Below the pieces are notes generated by a model. The model did no database searches. It saw only the letters and a program-made list of their open reading frames with translations, and was not told where the DNA came from. The position numbers were made by a program, and so were the translations under genes. A stretch of 63,999 nt of DNA, filler included, from Choristocarpus tenellus KU-1152 (lineage: Eukaryota; Protista; Phaeophyceae), in NCBI GenBank assembly GCA_964200185.2. It is 11 parts of 11 records of this genome, joined end to end, with 100 filler letters (N's around TTAATTAATTAA, not from the genome) between each part and the next. Parts side by side here need not be neighbours in the genome. Positions count along the whole stretch, not along the records: positions 1 to 25,580 come from CAXNAD020000185.1; 10 more parts are not named here. One strand, 5' to 3'. Below, one piece after another: positions 1 through 11,400 of the stretch (its first letter is position 1; each line of letters begins with the position of its first letter).

Positions 1-29
1 CCCCCCCAGATACTTTGACCCAAATACTA

Positions 30-1800
30 GTGTCATCTGCAACATGTCAGAGGGCATAATAATAAAAATACTAGTGTTACCCAACCTCGAGCCAGCATGC
101 CAGATCCCCCCCACAGAGTTAAAACTCACCGTCAGCAGATCCCTAGGGAGGGAGGAGGCCCTGTCAAACAGGTGCCCAGTGACTGGGTGCAGGAGGCAAA
201 ATGTCGGCACCAGAAATGCTTGTACCTGCCCCAGGGCAGGAGGCCAGGTGCGACAACAAACCCTTATGATGAAACGTCTAAGGCAACTATGCAAGGGGAT
301 GGGCATCCCTTCCACTATGGAGGACAGTAGCCCCTTCTCTGTAGACAGGAATCTTCGCATGGATCTAGTTCTCCATGCAGGGGCACTTGCGGATGCAGGA
401 TCAGCCTCCTACTGAGACAAAGGCCTCCTGCTAGATGTTACGTTTGCAGAAGTGAAGGCAACCTCTCACCTTCCACACTCATCCAGTAGCAATGGTATAG
501 CTGCTGCTGCAGCTGAGGTGCGAAAGCGCACCCACTACGAGAGCTCTTTTGATCCTCGCAGTTCTAACCTCAACACCTTCGCGATCAAAGTTTTTGGGCA
601 CCTCAGCAAGCAAGCGGAACTTTCCTGGATGAGCTCGCTATGCATGCAGTAGGCAAGAGAGTAACTGGAGGTTATGGCAGGAAAGGGACGGTCAAATCCC
701 GTCTATGACAGATAGTCTCTGTAAAAACGCAGGTGGCCCTGTCTAGACATGTCATGCATTTTAAGCTGGAGTCACCAGGGAGATAGGCAACGAGGGGCTT
801 GTTAGATTCTTGGGATGCTTCCCTAGCTCCTTGCCCTGGGGTACAGGAATAGGTAGGTTGGAGGTACAGGAAGGTAGTGGTGAGTGAAAATATATTAGAG
901 GGTACGAGTTTTGGCCTGTTTGTCAATTTGGGGCTTGGCGTCCCACGTTTTTTTAATGACATTTTCCTACTCCAAAACATTTCGGAGTAGGAAAATGTAT
1001 GCGTTATGAAAATGTGTAAGCGGAACATAGATATTGACACTTCCTAACAAGCACAATAGATAGCCAAAATTACATCAAAATCGCAACATTGGATTCTGGC
1101 TCACAAATGGACGCAGCTCTACCCTCTAAGATACTTTGGATCTGGTATAGAATAGATGGTAGTATAATTGCAAATAGATTGATGTTTTCACATTTGTCAC
1201 AATTTGTTACTTTAGGGATTTTTCTGACATGTGAATAATTTTCATTAGTTTTTCCCTCGACACATTTGCAAAATGTCAGAGGGCATAATAATGAAATAGT
1301 AGTGTTCAATTCAGAATAAGGTAGTTACAACCTCAACACCTTCCCTCTGGAAAGTTTTGGGCGCCTTCGTAAGCAAGCGGAAAGTTTTCTGGATGAGCTA
1401 CCTACGCACATGGTAGGGGGGAGAGGGACAGGAGGATACATCAGAAAAGGGGCAGTCAAATCCCGTCTACGACAGATAGTCTCTGTCACAATGGAAGTAG
1501 CCTTATCTTAATGTATCATCGTTTAAAGCTGGAGACACCAGGGAGGTGGGCAAGGAGGGACTTGTTAGATTCTTGGGATGCTTCCCTAAGTCCTCACCCT
1601 GGGGTGCTGGACTAAGCTAGGTTGGAGGCACAGGAAGGCGGCGGTGTAGCATAGCGGGTAGTAAAATATTAAATAGGTGGATGTCTTTCGCATTTACGAC
1701 AGCTGTTACTTTTATAGGGGCTATTCTGACATGTGAATAGTTTTCATTGTTTTCCCCCCTGACACATCAGCAAATTGTCAGACGATGTAGTAATATAATC
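30..1800 (+). mobile_element. CRE-like non-LTR retrotransposon 3' fragments (restriction-like endonuclease domain), head-to-tail
   Basis: CPVTGC...ACTC zinc-knuckle remnant, then LRMDLV...LLLDVT...AAAAEVRKRTHY...FAIKVFG, the RLE domain pattern, with stops and frameshifts. The 3' tail (caaaatgtcagagggcataataat) recurs at about 38-62, 1269-1293 and 1771-1795. Copy 1 is about 81-1310, copy 2 about 1326-1800. Confidence 0.7.
882..1142 (+). mobile_element. MITE family A (about 260 bp, Sola2-like)
   Basis: TIR GAGTGAAAxTATxTTAGAGGGTA / TACCCTCTAAGATACTTTG. TSD TGGT (878-881, 1143-1146). The paralogous empty site is in the LINE copy at about 1635-1665. Confidence 0.9.
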
Positions 1801-1879
1801 GAACCGTGGGCAAGGCGTGCTTTAAGCCTCTGAATGCAGAGTGCTGAGTGTCACACACTGCAATGAGCCAGAAAGGATG

Positions 1880-2702
1880 CCGGGGAGGTGAGGGATCGTG
1901 CCAGAGGAATTTTCCTGAGGTACTATTTATTTTCATCCTTTTTTTCTCAATACCCGATGTACTCTGAGTCTGCTTGCTGTGTAGCAGGAATGGTCAAAAT
2001 GCGGGGGGCAATTCTTCCCAGGCACGGAAGTTTTGAACTCCTTTCCCATCACTACTTGATTGAGTGTGTAGTTGTAGCCTCCATTGAGCCAAACAAATTG
2101 GGATGTAGGCAGGTTTGGACCCCTTTTTCATTCTAAGCCATCTTTCTTAGACTGTGCAATACATTCTATTTCATTTCTTTATGTGCATAGTCGTCTACGA
2201 AAAATTGATATTCCTCTTTTCCATACACACAACGACACCACAATAAGGCAAAGCGTCATTGTACAATTATACAAAATTACGTCTTTTTGCCCTTTATCGG
2301 GATCCATAAAATGCAACCCTGCCTCCCTCTCAATTAGTTTGGCTCCACTGTCCATATCAGTTGTTATGAACCCTCGTCCTGCAACTTTGACGGCATCATG
2401 TTCTATATGGGTTGCTTCCTCCATGTGCTTCCTGACTTTGTGTGTGTTCCGAAATCCTACCACCATCAGCTGAATCCCCTCCACAAATTGCAATGGAAGC
2501 TCCTACGAACCTCAGGTGCCATTCATGGAGGGCTGCTCTACTCATGATGGACAGTACGTGGACATGAGCTTGGTTCCACCACCGGACCATTCCTTGCCTC
2601 CTGTGATCTGTGCTCCTCCTTCAAAACACCTAGAACATCCAACTCCATCTGCCTACAAATGTTTTCCTTGTGCTCATTCTCTGCAACAGGATTTTGGTTG
2701 TA
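1880..2702 (-). mobile_element. Decayed Ty1/Copia gag-protease relic interrupted by MITEs
   Basis: Zinc-knuckle remnant (..GGTKLMSTYCP) at about 2545-2595 and protease-like W*DFGT....HM...VKVAGRGFI at about 2365-2465. Confidence 0.35.
2086..2345 (+). mobile_element. MITE family D (about 260 bp)
   Basis: TIR GAGCCAAACAAATTG..AGGCAGG / CCTGCCT..CAATTAGTTTGGCTC; flanks CATT/CACT. A second copy lies at about 25842-26100. Confidence 0.78.
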
Positions 2703-2959
2703 GAATGAAAGTATCTTAGAGGGTACGAGTTTTGCCCTGTTTGTCCGTTTGGGGCTTGGCTTCCCATGTTTTTTAAATGACAGTTTCCTACTCCAAACTG
2801 TTTCGGAGTAGGTAAAATGTATACGTTATGGAAAGCTGTGTCCGAACAAAGATGTTGACACTTCCTAACAAACACGATAGTCAAAACTACATCAAAATCG
2901 GAACATTAGAATTTGGCCCCCAAATGGACGCGACTCTACCCTCTAAGATACTTTGGCTC
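2703..2959 (+). mobile_element. MITE family A
   Basis: Same TIRs and internal sequence; perfect TSD TGTA. Confidence 0.92.
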
Positions 2960-3561
2960 TGTAGGGTCCAGAGAAGTAACAAGGACCTTGTACTTCTGCT
3001 TGAACCCTCTGGGCTACCTTTACTCACCCTCAGAGTACTGGGCAGTATTCTTCCCTGTACCAAAGTGGTTAACAAAATTAGATAACATCACACTTCTTTG
3101 TGCACTGGCATACAACATTTTTCCCTTCCACCTATTCAGGGGTGGTGACTTTGAAGGTGCTTAAGCCTTGCACTACATTTTCCACCTTCACTCATATATC
3201 ATAGATAACAGGGACAATTTGAGACACCATTATGCATGTGATGTGAAGGAAGAACGAGCGAGGAATACGTGATAGAGGCTAACGAAAGACGTTGCATACA
3301 ATTTTTTTTGGAAGGTTTAACAGGTGACAGGTGACCTCCCCAATCAAATGTCAACGTACATTGTTCCCTTCAAGAATGATAGCATATTTGACCTGTAGGA
3401 ACCGGTCAACCATGAAATATTATATTAGAAGTGCATCACCAACAAGTGGTACACATCCTGCACCATTTTTTTTTCTCAATCGTCGATATCCTTCGCATCT
3501 CCTCTTAGCTCTCCTTGCTTTGGCTGGGCTTTGAATAAGCGCCAACATCATCCTGAGCTGA

Positions 3562-3796
3562 GAGTCGAAGTAAATGCAGGTTTTAGCCATTTTGCATATT
3601 ATGCCAGTTTTTAAACCTTTCCTAATTCACCCATTTTCTATGGATGAAGCGCTAAGTTTGACTTGAGAACATTAATTTCTCTACTGTTTGAAAAGTTTCG
3701 ATATAATTCAGAAGGTATCCTATAGGCACTTGTAAAAATGAACGAATTTTACATATTTGTCAGCATCTTCAAAATGTAACTCCCTTACTTTGACTC
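3562..3796 (-). mobile_element. MITE family C (TIRs partly deleted)
   Basis: GAGTCGAAGTAAATG ... TTACTTTGACTC; internal gacttgagaacattaatttctctactgtttg is shared with the 5190 copy. Confidence 0.8.
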
Positions 3797-4216
3797 TGAT
3801 TTCATGACATCTTTCGACCCTTCCCCACTGAACCCTATTAAACCAGCAGAAAGAGGTTCGGAAAGGAAATGAGAGATGGGACCGAGGTATGCAGAGTGCC
3901 ATGTCGATCAATCTCCACTACTTTGGCTGGTTGGGACCAGTGAAAACAGAAAACACAATCTCGGGCTTTCTTTGCTGGTTTGAATCCACCGTTCATGTTG
4001 GGTTTACCGCGAGCCGGTCGTGCGTCTGACCCACACCACATCACCTGAGCTGTCCTCAATGGCAAATATGGCATACGCAAATGGATATGACTGCGCGGAT
4101 TATCCTTATTAGTGTTGGGAGATCCCAAGAAGAGAACCTCTCCCTATCAAATGATGTTATAATCATGTTTTATTATTCTACAATGTTCTTTCTCAAAATT
4201 ATAATATTTCTTAGAA

Positions 4217-4590
4217 ACCGCTTATGACAGATAGTGTCTGTCACTACACAATTGACTCTCTAAAGACTTGTCATGCGTTTCAAGGTGGAGACACCAGGCA
4301 GATGAGCAAGGAGGAGCCTGTCAGATTCTTGGGATGCTGCCCTAGCTCCTCCTCTTCCAGTTGTGATGGGCTAAGTTAGGTTGGAGACATACCAGCAAGG
4401 TACACATAACATCGTAATTCACAAGCTTGAAGGTAGTGTTTATAGTATAGATGGTTTTCAAACAATAGACTTTAGGCATACCTTTCACATTTACGACAAC
4501 TGATGCTGTTAGATGGGTCCGTGTGGTATTGGTTTGACATTTTCCCTAACACATCTGCAAAATGTCGGTGTATCAATATATGTTATGGTG
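4217..4590 (+). mobile_element. Further 5'-truncated copy of the same CRE-like element
   Basis: gacagatagtgtctgtcac...ggagacaccagg...agattcttgggatgctgccctagctcct matches 707-830 and 1471-1595. Confidence 0.7.
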
Positions 4591-5189
4591 AAACAGATGG
4601 AAACAGGCAACAGACCCTTGAGGAATATGTTCTCAAGGGAGGGCACTTTAAGGTATACACCTTGGTCGGAAGGTGGCCATCACATCGTTTTCTCAATAAA
4701 TTATTCCTATATTTAAAATACTGATTTAGTGATGCTTCTATAATTTTAATGGAAAAAATTATGTTGACATTATTTTAGGGATTATCCCAACCACCACACA
4801 CTGCACACTGGACGGTTTCTCATACTAGCTACTGTTGCACTACGACTGTGTTCGTACCACTTCCGTTCCTGCTCTTGCATCTCACGTGTTGGGTTTGTGA
4901 CGCTGAACCCAATGGTTGTTGCTCTGTCTACTCCCTCGAATCTTGTGCTGGACCCACCTCAAGTTCACCACCTCGATCTTGGTCTGGCATTTTGGGGTAT
5001 AGCCACAAACAGAATAGAACGGGGTCAACCTAACCTGATAGCCCTTGCTAAACTCATTATTGTTCTGTGAGCTGGTGTAACATGGACATACTGAGGGACC
5101 TGAGCGACAACATTGCCCAAAAGGAAGTATCTTTATCTACAACGGGCACCAACAACCTCAAGCAGAATAAGGCTGTCTTCGAAGGTAGA

Positions 5190-5449
5190 GACCCAAAGTA
5201 AGCGAGAGGTACCCAGGTTTTGGCTGTTTTGCATTTTAGGTTACTTTTTTTTTTATCTTTTGCAATTCACTTATTTCTATGTGTGATATACTAAGATTGA
5301 CTTGGGAGCATTGATTTCTCTATTGTTTCAATTTTTTTTGAGAACATTAAGAGAATTCCCTGTATACCTTTGTACAAAAACCCCAATTTTGCACACATCT
5401 GTCAGCATCCTTTAAATGCAACCCTGGTACCTCTCGTTGACATTGACTC
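5190..5449 (-). mobile_element. MITE family C
   Basis: GACCCAAAGTAAGCGAGAGGTACCCAGG ... CCTGGTACCTCTCGTTGACATTGACTC. Confidence 0.85.
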
Positions 5450-5717
5450 AAAAATTGAGGCAGATGCATACTCAAATTCATCATCAGAGAAAAACCTGCG
5501 GCACATGTTAGTTGAGATATATGAGGTGTTTGGGGGTTGGGGGATGCTAGAAGAGTTATAAAATTTCATAATGTTTAAAGCAAGTGGCTGAGAAGAAGGT
5601 TGTGGGTGATCCTGTAGTTGGACTTGTGGTACAGGGAGATAAACAATTTTTTCTTTCCACTTACGGTACATGACATAATTTCCTCGTGAATGTTGGAGAT
5701 GACAGACTGCGAGAAGA

Positions 5718-5975
5718 CTCACCTACAGCAAGTTTCTTTGTTGTCTAATATTTAATTGTAGAACACGAAGCAATCTTCACCGCATTAGCAGATCTGGTAT
5801 GATTGGCTTTAGATATGTGAGGACAAAATGTCCAGTGCACTTCATTTGATGATGGACTTCCATTTCTTGCAACTTTAAGACTACGACAATATACACGTTG
5901 TCCAATGTATTCACATATTTCATTTGCAAGGGGTGAAATCTTCTGCGCTCCATACACACAACTGAAAAAGACTCC
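5718..5975 (-). pseudogene. SET-domain-like relic
   Basis: CVYGAQKISPLANEICEYIG...SKANHTRSANAVK...IKY*TTKKLAVGE has the SET motif order CEYxG, NH, xxGE, with one in-frame stop. Confidence 0.4.
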
Positions 5976-6723
5976 CTAAAATTGCCCATGGGGCATCTCT
6001 TTCGGTCGTGAGTAAACTATTTTCACATTTCCTATTATTTTCCATCTTCAATTCGAAGGTCTTCACCCAACACCACTTACCCTAACCCATTGCATATTCT
6101 ACTCACCACCATCTACAATACAAATTAGAACCTTCAGAAAAAATGTGTGAATACAATACACTCTGGAGAACAAAATGTAAGACAAACCGAGAATTGATGA
6201 TTGATCGGTTGTTCAAGAAATAATAAACACAATACAAGTTGATCAAAAGGCTGTAGGCTGTCACTAAAATAGATGCCTGTCATTTTCTCATAGAAAAACC
6301 AAACTGCAATTGAGGGAAGACCCTTTCCGCAACGTACAAATTCGTTTTTCGACCATTGCTAAGGACCCCATTCCTAACAGTACCTATAAATTAATTAGTA
6401 TGGCTCAGAGGACCATGAGACATGGAGGGAACATACTTCCTCTGTAGCTCGTTCCTCCTGTACCAGATTGGGTTGCATAGACAATCCACAAAATAGAAAA
6501 TACACATCATTATGTGCACATGTAACCTAAAAAACTGTGCAAGAGCAAGGTATGTGGAACATATTATTAGTGAGACCATAAGGTTGGGTACGTTATTGTT
6601 AGTATTGGGTAATAATTACTTCGAAGTATGACTCCTTCTCCACCCCATTGATCTACATACACAATACCACACAATCCAAATTACAATCGCATAACATGGG
6701 CAAGTGCCAACATAATGAGCGGC

Positions 6724-6994
6724 GAGTGACACTCACTCACTCAGTATCTTGGAGGGTACGAGTTTTTCCCCTGTTTGTCCGTTTGAGGCTTGGCTTCTCA
6801 CGGGTTTTTTATGACACTCTAACTAATCCGAAATGTTTCGGGCGGGTAAAATGTGTACGCTATGAATAGCTGTGTCCAGAACAAGGATACTGACATCTCC
6901 TATCAAACACAATAGCCAAAATTACATAAAATTTGCAACATTGGATTTTGGACCCCAAACAGACGCGTCTCTACCCTCTAAGATACTTTGACTG
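6724..6994 (+). mobile_element. MITE family A
   Basis: Same internal sequence; left TIR carries a small CACT-repeat insertion; no TSD recognised. Confidence 0.85.
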
Positions 6995-7453
6995 TGCTGC
7001 AAGATATGAGATTCAAGTGTTAGTGAGACCACTAGGGATAAAATACTTATGGTGGGCCATGTGATACCTGTGAGACATACTTCTATAGTACATTATTAGT
7101 ACCCTATTGACCTGAACTAACAGAGCACAAAGAAAAGTACAATACTTCAAGTACAATATTGGTACGCAGTACTAGTACTACTTAGAGTGCCTGTCACTTA
7201 TCAACATACCAACAAAAACATCCCAAAAACAAGTTAATAACGTCTCTATCAATTGATTTATATAGGACCTGGTAGTGATAGAATTTATATATTGTCATTC
7301 TCTTCTTTGTATTATCTTCTTTTATTGTGGAGGTATTACACAACATACATGCCTCATAATACATGCACGAAGAACAATACACATTGCACATGATAACATA
7401 GTCAAAATACAGACAGAAAAAAAAGGAAGGCATGATAATGACGGATCTTTGAT

Positions 7454-7636
7454 AACCCAAAGAATCTGGGGTGGTGGTGGTGGGGGGTCTACACCAGGGT
7501 GTCCATTTGGACCAAAACCAGGAAAAGAGCACTTTCATTATCCATCCGATGTATGCAACCAAAACCCCCAAAAATCGCGACATGAACAAATTGGTCCCAA
7601 ATGGACAGCCACCACCCCCCCCAGATACTTTGAGCC
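7454..7636 (+). mobile_element. MITE family B (about 180 bp, subterminal poly-G/C)
   Basis: AACCCAAAGAATCTGGGG ... CCCCAGATACTTTGAGCC; perfect TSD TGAT. Confidence 0.88.
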
Positions 7637-8485
7637 TGATTCAACTATTGTTGATCAATGAATGGCAATAAAGACAGCAAAGCTGGGAACATAATACTCC
7701 TATTGTTGACTACATAAGGGGAAGCATGTCTGGAAAAGATTTGCACCCCCTGTAACACGTATTACCCATATAGTGGAACATTTTCCTCTCACAACTATGG
7801 GACCCTGTTGAAATAAATTCAGCCACTCTCAACTAAAGAGGAATTTGCTGTTCGAATTCAATGTCAGGAGTAAATTCGTTGTGTCCACTCCATTCTGACA
7901 GTAGGGTGCACTTCTTGTTGAACAATTCAACATTATGAAATTGACCCAAGATTTTGAGCCCCAACCAGATCTGTCCCAAGATAGGTGTATTGTGTGCAGA
8001 AGCACTCCCCTCTAGAAGTGAGGTGTCTTGAGGGCACCTACCGCATCAGTTAAACTTTAGTCGGTGGGTGTATATGTCATTTTATCCTACATCTTGAAAA
8101 GCAGCTCAATGTACAAAGTAGGAAGTACTTGTTTACAGCATAGAAGCCCAAAGAAACTAGAGCTCATTCATCACTCGTCCTTGCTCTTGGTTTCTATATG
8201 CTATGCACAAAAAGCACCCTTCCTGCATCTTGGAGCAGGCAGATGTCAATAGCTCATCTCAAACACTCTTCTCCAATCTTGCTTTTGTTAGCTTACCCAC
8301 AATTGCGAATCACCCACAAATAACAAGCTGCCTGTTAGTTCCAAAATGAAATTAAAAGCAAGGATGTTGCTAAATACATACATAATAAAAAACATGAACA
8401 CTTCAAGGCATATACAGTGACCAGATTGTATGGACCAATATGAAAAATAGCGATGAGTGGATCCTCAGAATCTAAACAGAGAGGA

Positions 8486-11400
8486 TCAGGACGAGGATTG
8501 ATGACTTTGTGTTGCTTCATGTCCTGCCAACCTTGATGCCCCAGCCTCCCACATCATGATGCTCTTGAACTCTTCGAAGCTAATCACACCATCTCGTGAA
8601 AGGTCAGCCGCTTTTATCAACGCCACCACATCTTCCTATGTTTGGCATCGGGATGGGGTCAACACAGATCAGGAAGGAAGCAGTAGAGTCAGTTTACAAA
8701 ATAGGGGGGGGTGCAGCAAGTGTAGGAGGGTTAAGGAAGCAGTATGCAGTATGTAGATACACAAAAAAAAGTGGTGCTTTTTCGAACTGCAAAAATCTTC
8801 TGTTGGTAAGGCCAGTACTCTAATTCCGAGAATATAGAACATTTTTCAATCTATATCCCCATCCCAATAATGTGATCCTGAGTGAAAGTGTCTTAGAGGG
8901 TATGGGTTTTCCCCATTTGTCGGTATGGGGCTTGGCTTCCCACGTTTTTTTTAAACGATATTTTGCCTACTCCGAAACGTTTAGGAGTAGGTGAAATATA
9001 TACTTTATGAAAAGGTGTGTCCAGAACAAGGATATTGACACTCCTAACAAACACGATAGCCAAAATTACGTCAAAATCGCAACATTTGATTCTGGCCCTC
9101 AAATGGACGCAGCTCTACTCCCTCTAAGATACTTTGACTCTATTGTGTATCATCATGGTGTCCCTACATCCAAGTAACCAACCCATTTCATTTTCTAGTT
9201 GTGGTTATTCAGGAAACCAGGCCAGTATTGCCAGTTGTTGTAGTGAAAAAAATGTGGTTGGCGGAACATCATGATAGTGCAAGGGGATCAACTGATTTGT
9301 ACTATAAAAAATAACTATTATTACAGTCCCGTGAAAATGATCTTGGCATTGCATTAGCCATGGCTGTGGGTCAATCTCTGGATTAGACTGTTGTAGAAAG
9401 GATTTATGGCCTGGGACTGGATCTGTATGATACAACTATTCATTTTGATTTGAATTGATTGGATATTAGCTTGAGCAGCTTCCATGCTGTACTTGAACAT
9501 GTTATTTTGTATACACGTTCCAATCCTAATAAGTACATCAAACGTTCTTGAGTTGATTCAGTTCATACTCACCGGCCTTTTGATTGAAAACACTCAAGAT
9601 ATCGAATAGGGCCAATGTGAGAACCAACCGTTCAGAATCTTAGTGGCCTGGGCCCGGACCAATTAAAAAAAAATTGCAGCTGGTTGACCTTTCAAAATGC
9701 ATGAGACCAACCCTGCCCTCACCTAGCCCTGCCTGAGACACTGTCCCATGCTATGTACACATCCTCCCTCAGACTCTTTCGTACATTTCATACTATAAAA
9801 ATATCAAATGTGTTTTAAGTGACTATTTTAAAATTCTACAGTGCAGTAGGTCCCTACGAAATTACAGGCAATACACAATATAGCCATACAGATTCTTGTA
9901 CCTGTCCTAGAAAGCAAATGGGACCATTGGAATCGAGGTGGCCTATAATTACAACGAGCTGTTGCATTTCTACAATTTCCTCTACCAGCCCGACTACCCA
10001 AACCAGACTATTGGAATTGAGGTGACCTAGGAGTACACTCGAATATCCCGCAGACAACACATATAACAAATTTCAGGTACCTGTGACTCGACCTACCAGG
10101 ACACACATATCACAGCAGACCAAAGATCACACATTTCGAAACACTTTGCTACCAGGGAAAGGACCTTTCATAAAAGGGTCATGCCAGACTGGCCTATGGA
10201 CCGGACATCTCCGAGACATTTTTTCGCTACAGTAACCAATGCTCACAGACACTCCCAGTTTCTTCATTATTTTGTTGTGGTACTTTCTAAACACAAAAGA
10301 GATCTGTGATCACTTCTGTAGATTGGGGGGTATTGGTGTGTCATCTCCACATAGATGATCACCATGATTCATTCTGTTCTTCCTTGTATAGAACACCTGT
10401 ATCAATATTCCACAACCCATGGTGTGTTATGGTTTGCCCTATCCAAATATCCTTGGCACAATTCTGTTACACAATCCATTTTCACATAAGTATTCAAGCA
10501 CCATTCATGAAATGAGCAGCTTGGGACCTGATCTATCACAATATACTACACCAGACCCTAAGTCGAACATTTTATGAGTATTATATACACCACAATATTA
10601 TAGAAACAATATCTCAACTTCCTCCATAATCCCCCCCCCCCAAAAAAAGTGCTTGTGGCTAGCACTGAGAGGAAAGTTGTGTAGATGCAACAACTGATAC
10701 CTATACCACTGGACATTGATTGGTTGACCCAGAAAGCTATTAATTTCTTCATAACTTACATCACCTTCACCCATGCTCCAATAGCTACAATGTTGAGAGG
10801 GAATTCCCACTCATTTTGTACTTGACAAGGTACAGTTGAGAATGGGAGGTTTGCATTCTTTACCAGAAGGAGCATTTGGTTGGTCTCTTAGGGCAAGCGT
10901 TCCATCCTAGCTCAGGTCTATTCCCTTCACTACCTCATGGAGTGCTTGGACGATCTTTTGGAGCGAGCCTACCGTCCTTGTCAAGGTCCGCACTCTTCAC
11001 TACCACAAGGAACCCATGGTTCATCTTTTTGGGCAAGCATGCTGTCCTTACCAAGATTCCAACTCCTCAACACAGAGGGCTCTTGGTTTGAATCTTAGAG
11101 CAAGCATGCTGCCCTTCTTAAGATCTACTGTGAACGGGAGGTTTTCTTTTTTTCACCACAAGGAGTGGTTCATGAGTCTCTTAGGGCAAACCTGCCATTC
11201 TCGCCAAGATCGACAATCTTCACAATCACAACAAGCACATGGTTCATCTCTTTGGGGCAAGCTTGCTATCCTCTCTGGTGTTCACACTCTTCACTATCAC
11301 TGTGTTCACTATCACTGTGTTCACAAGATTGCTAGATTGGCCTCTCGGGGCATTCATGCTGTGTGCATTGTTGAGTGAAGGTTCACACCCTTCACCACAA

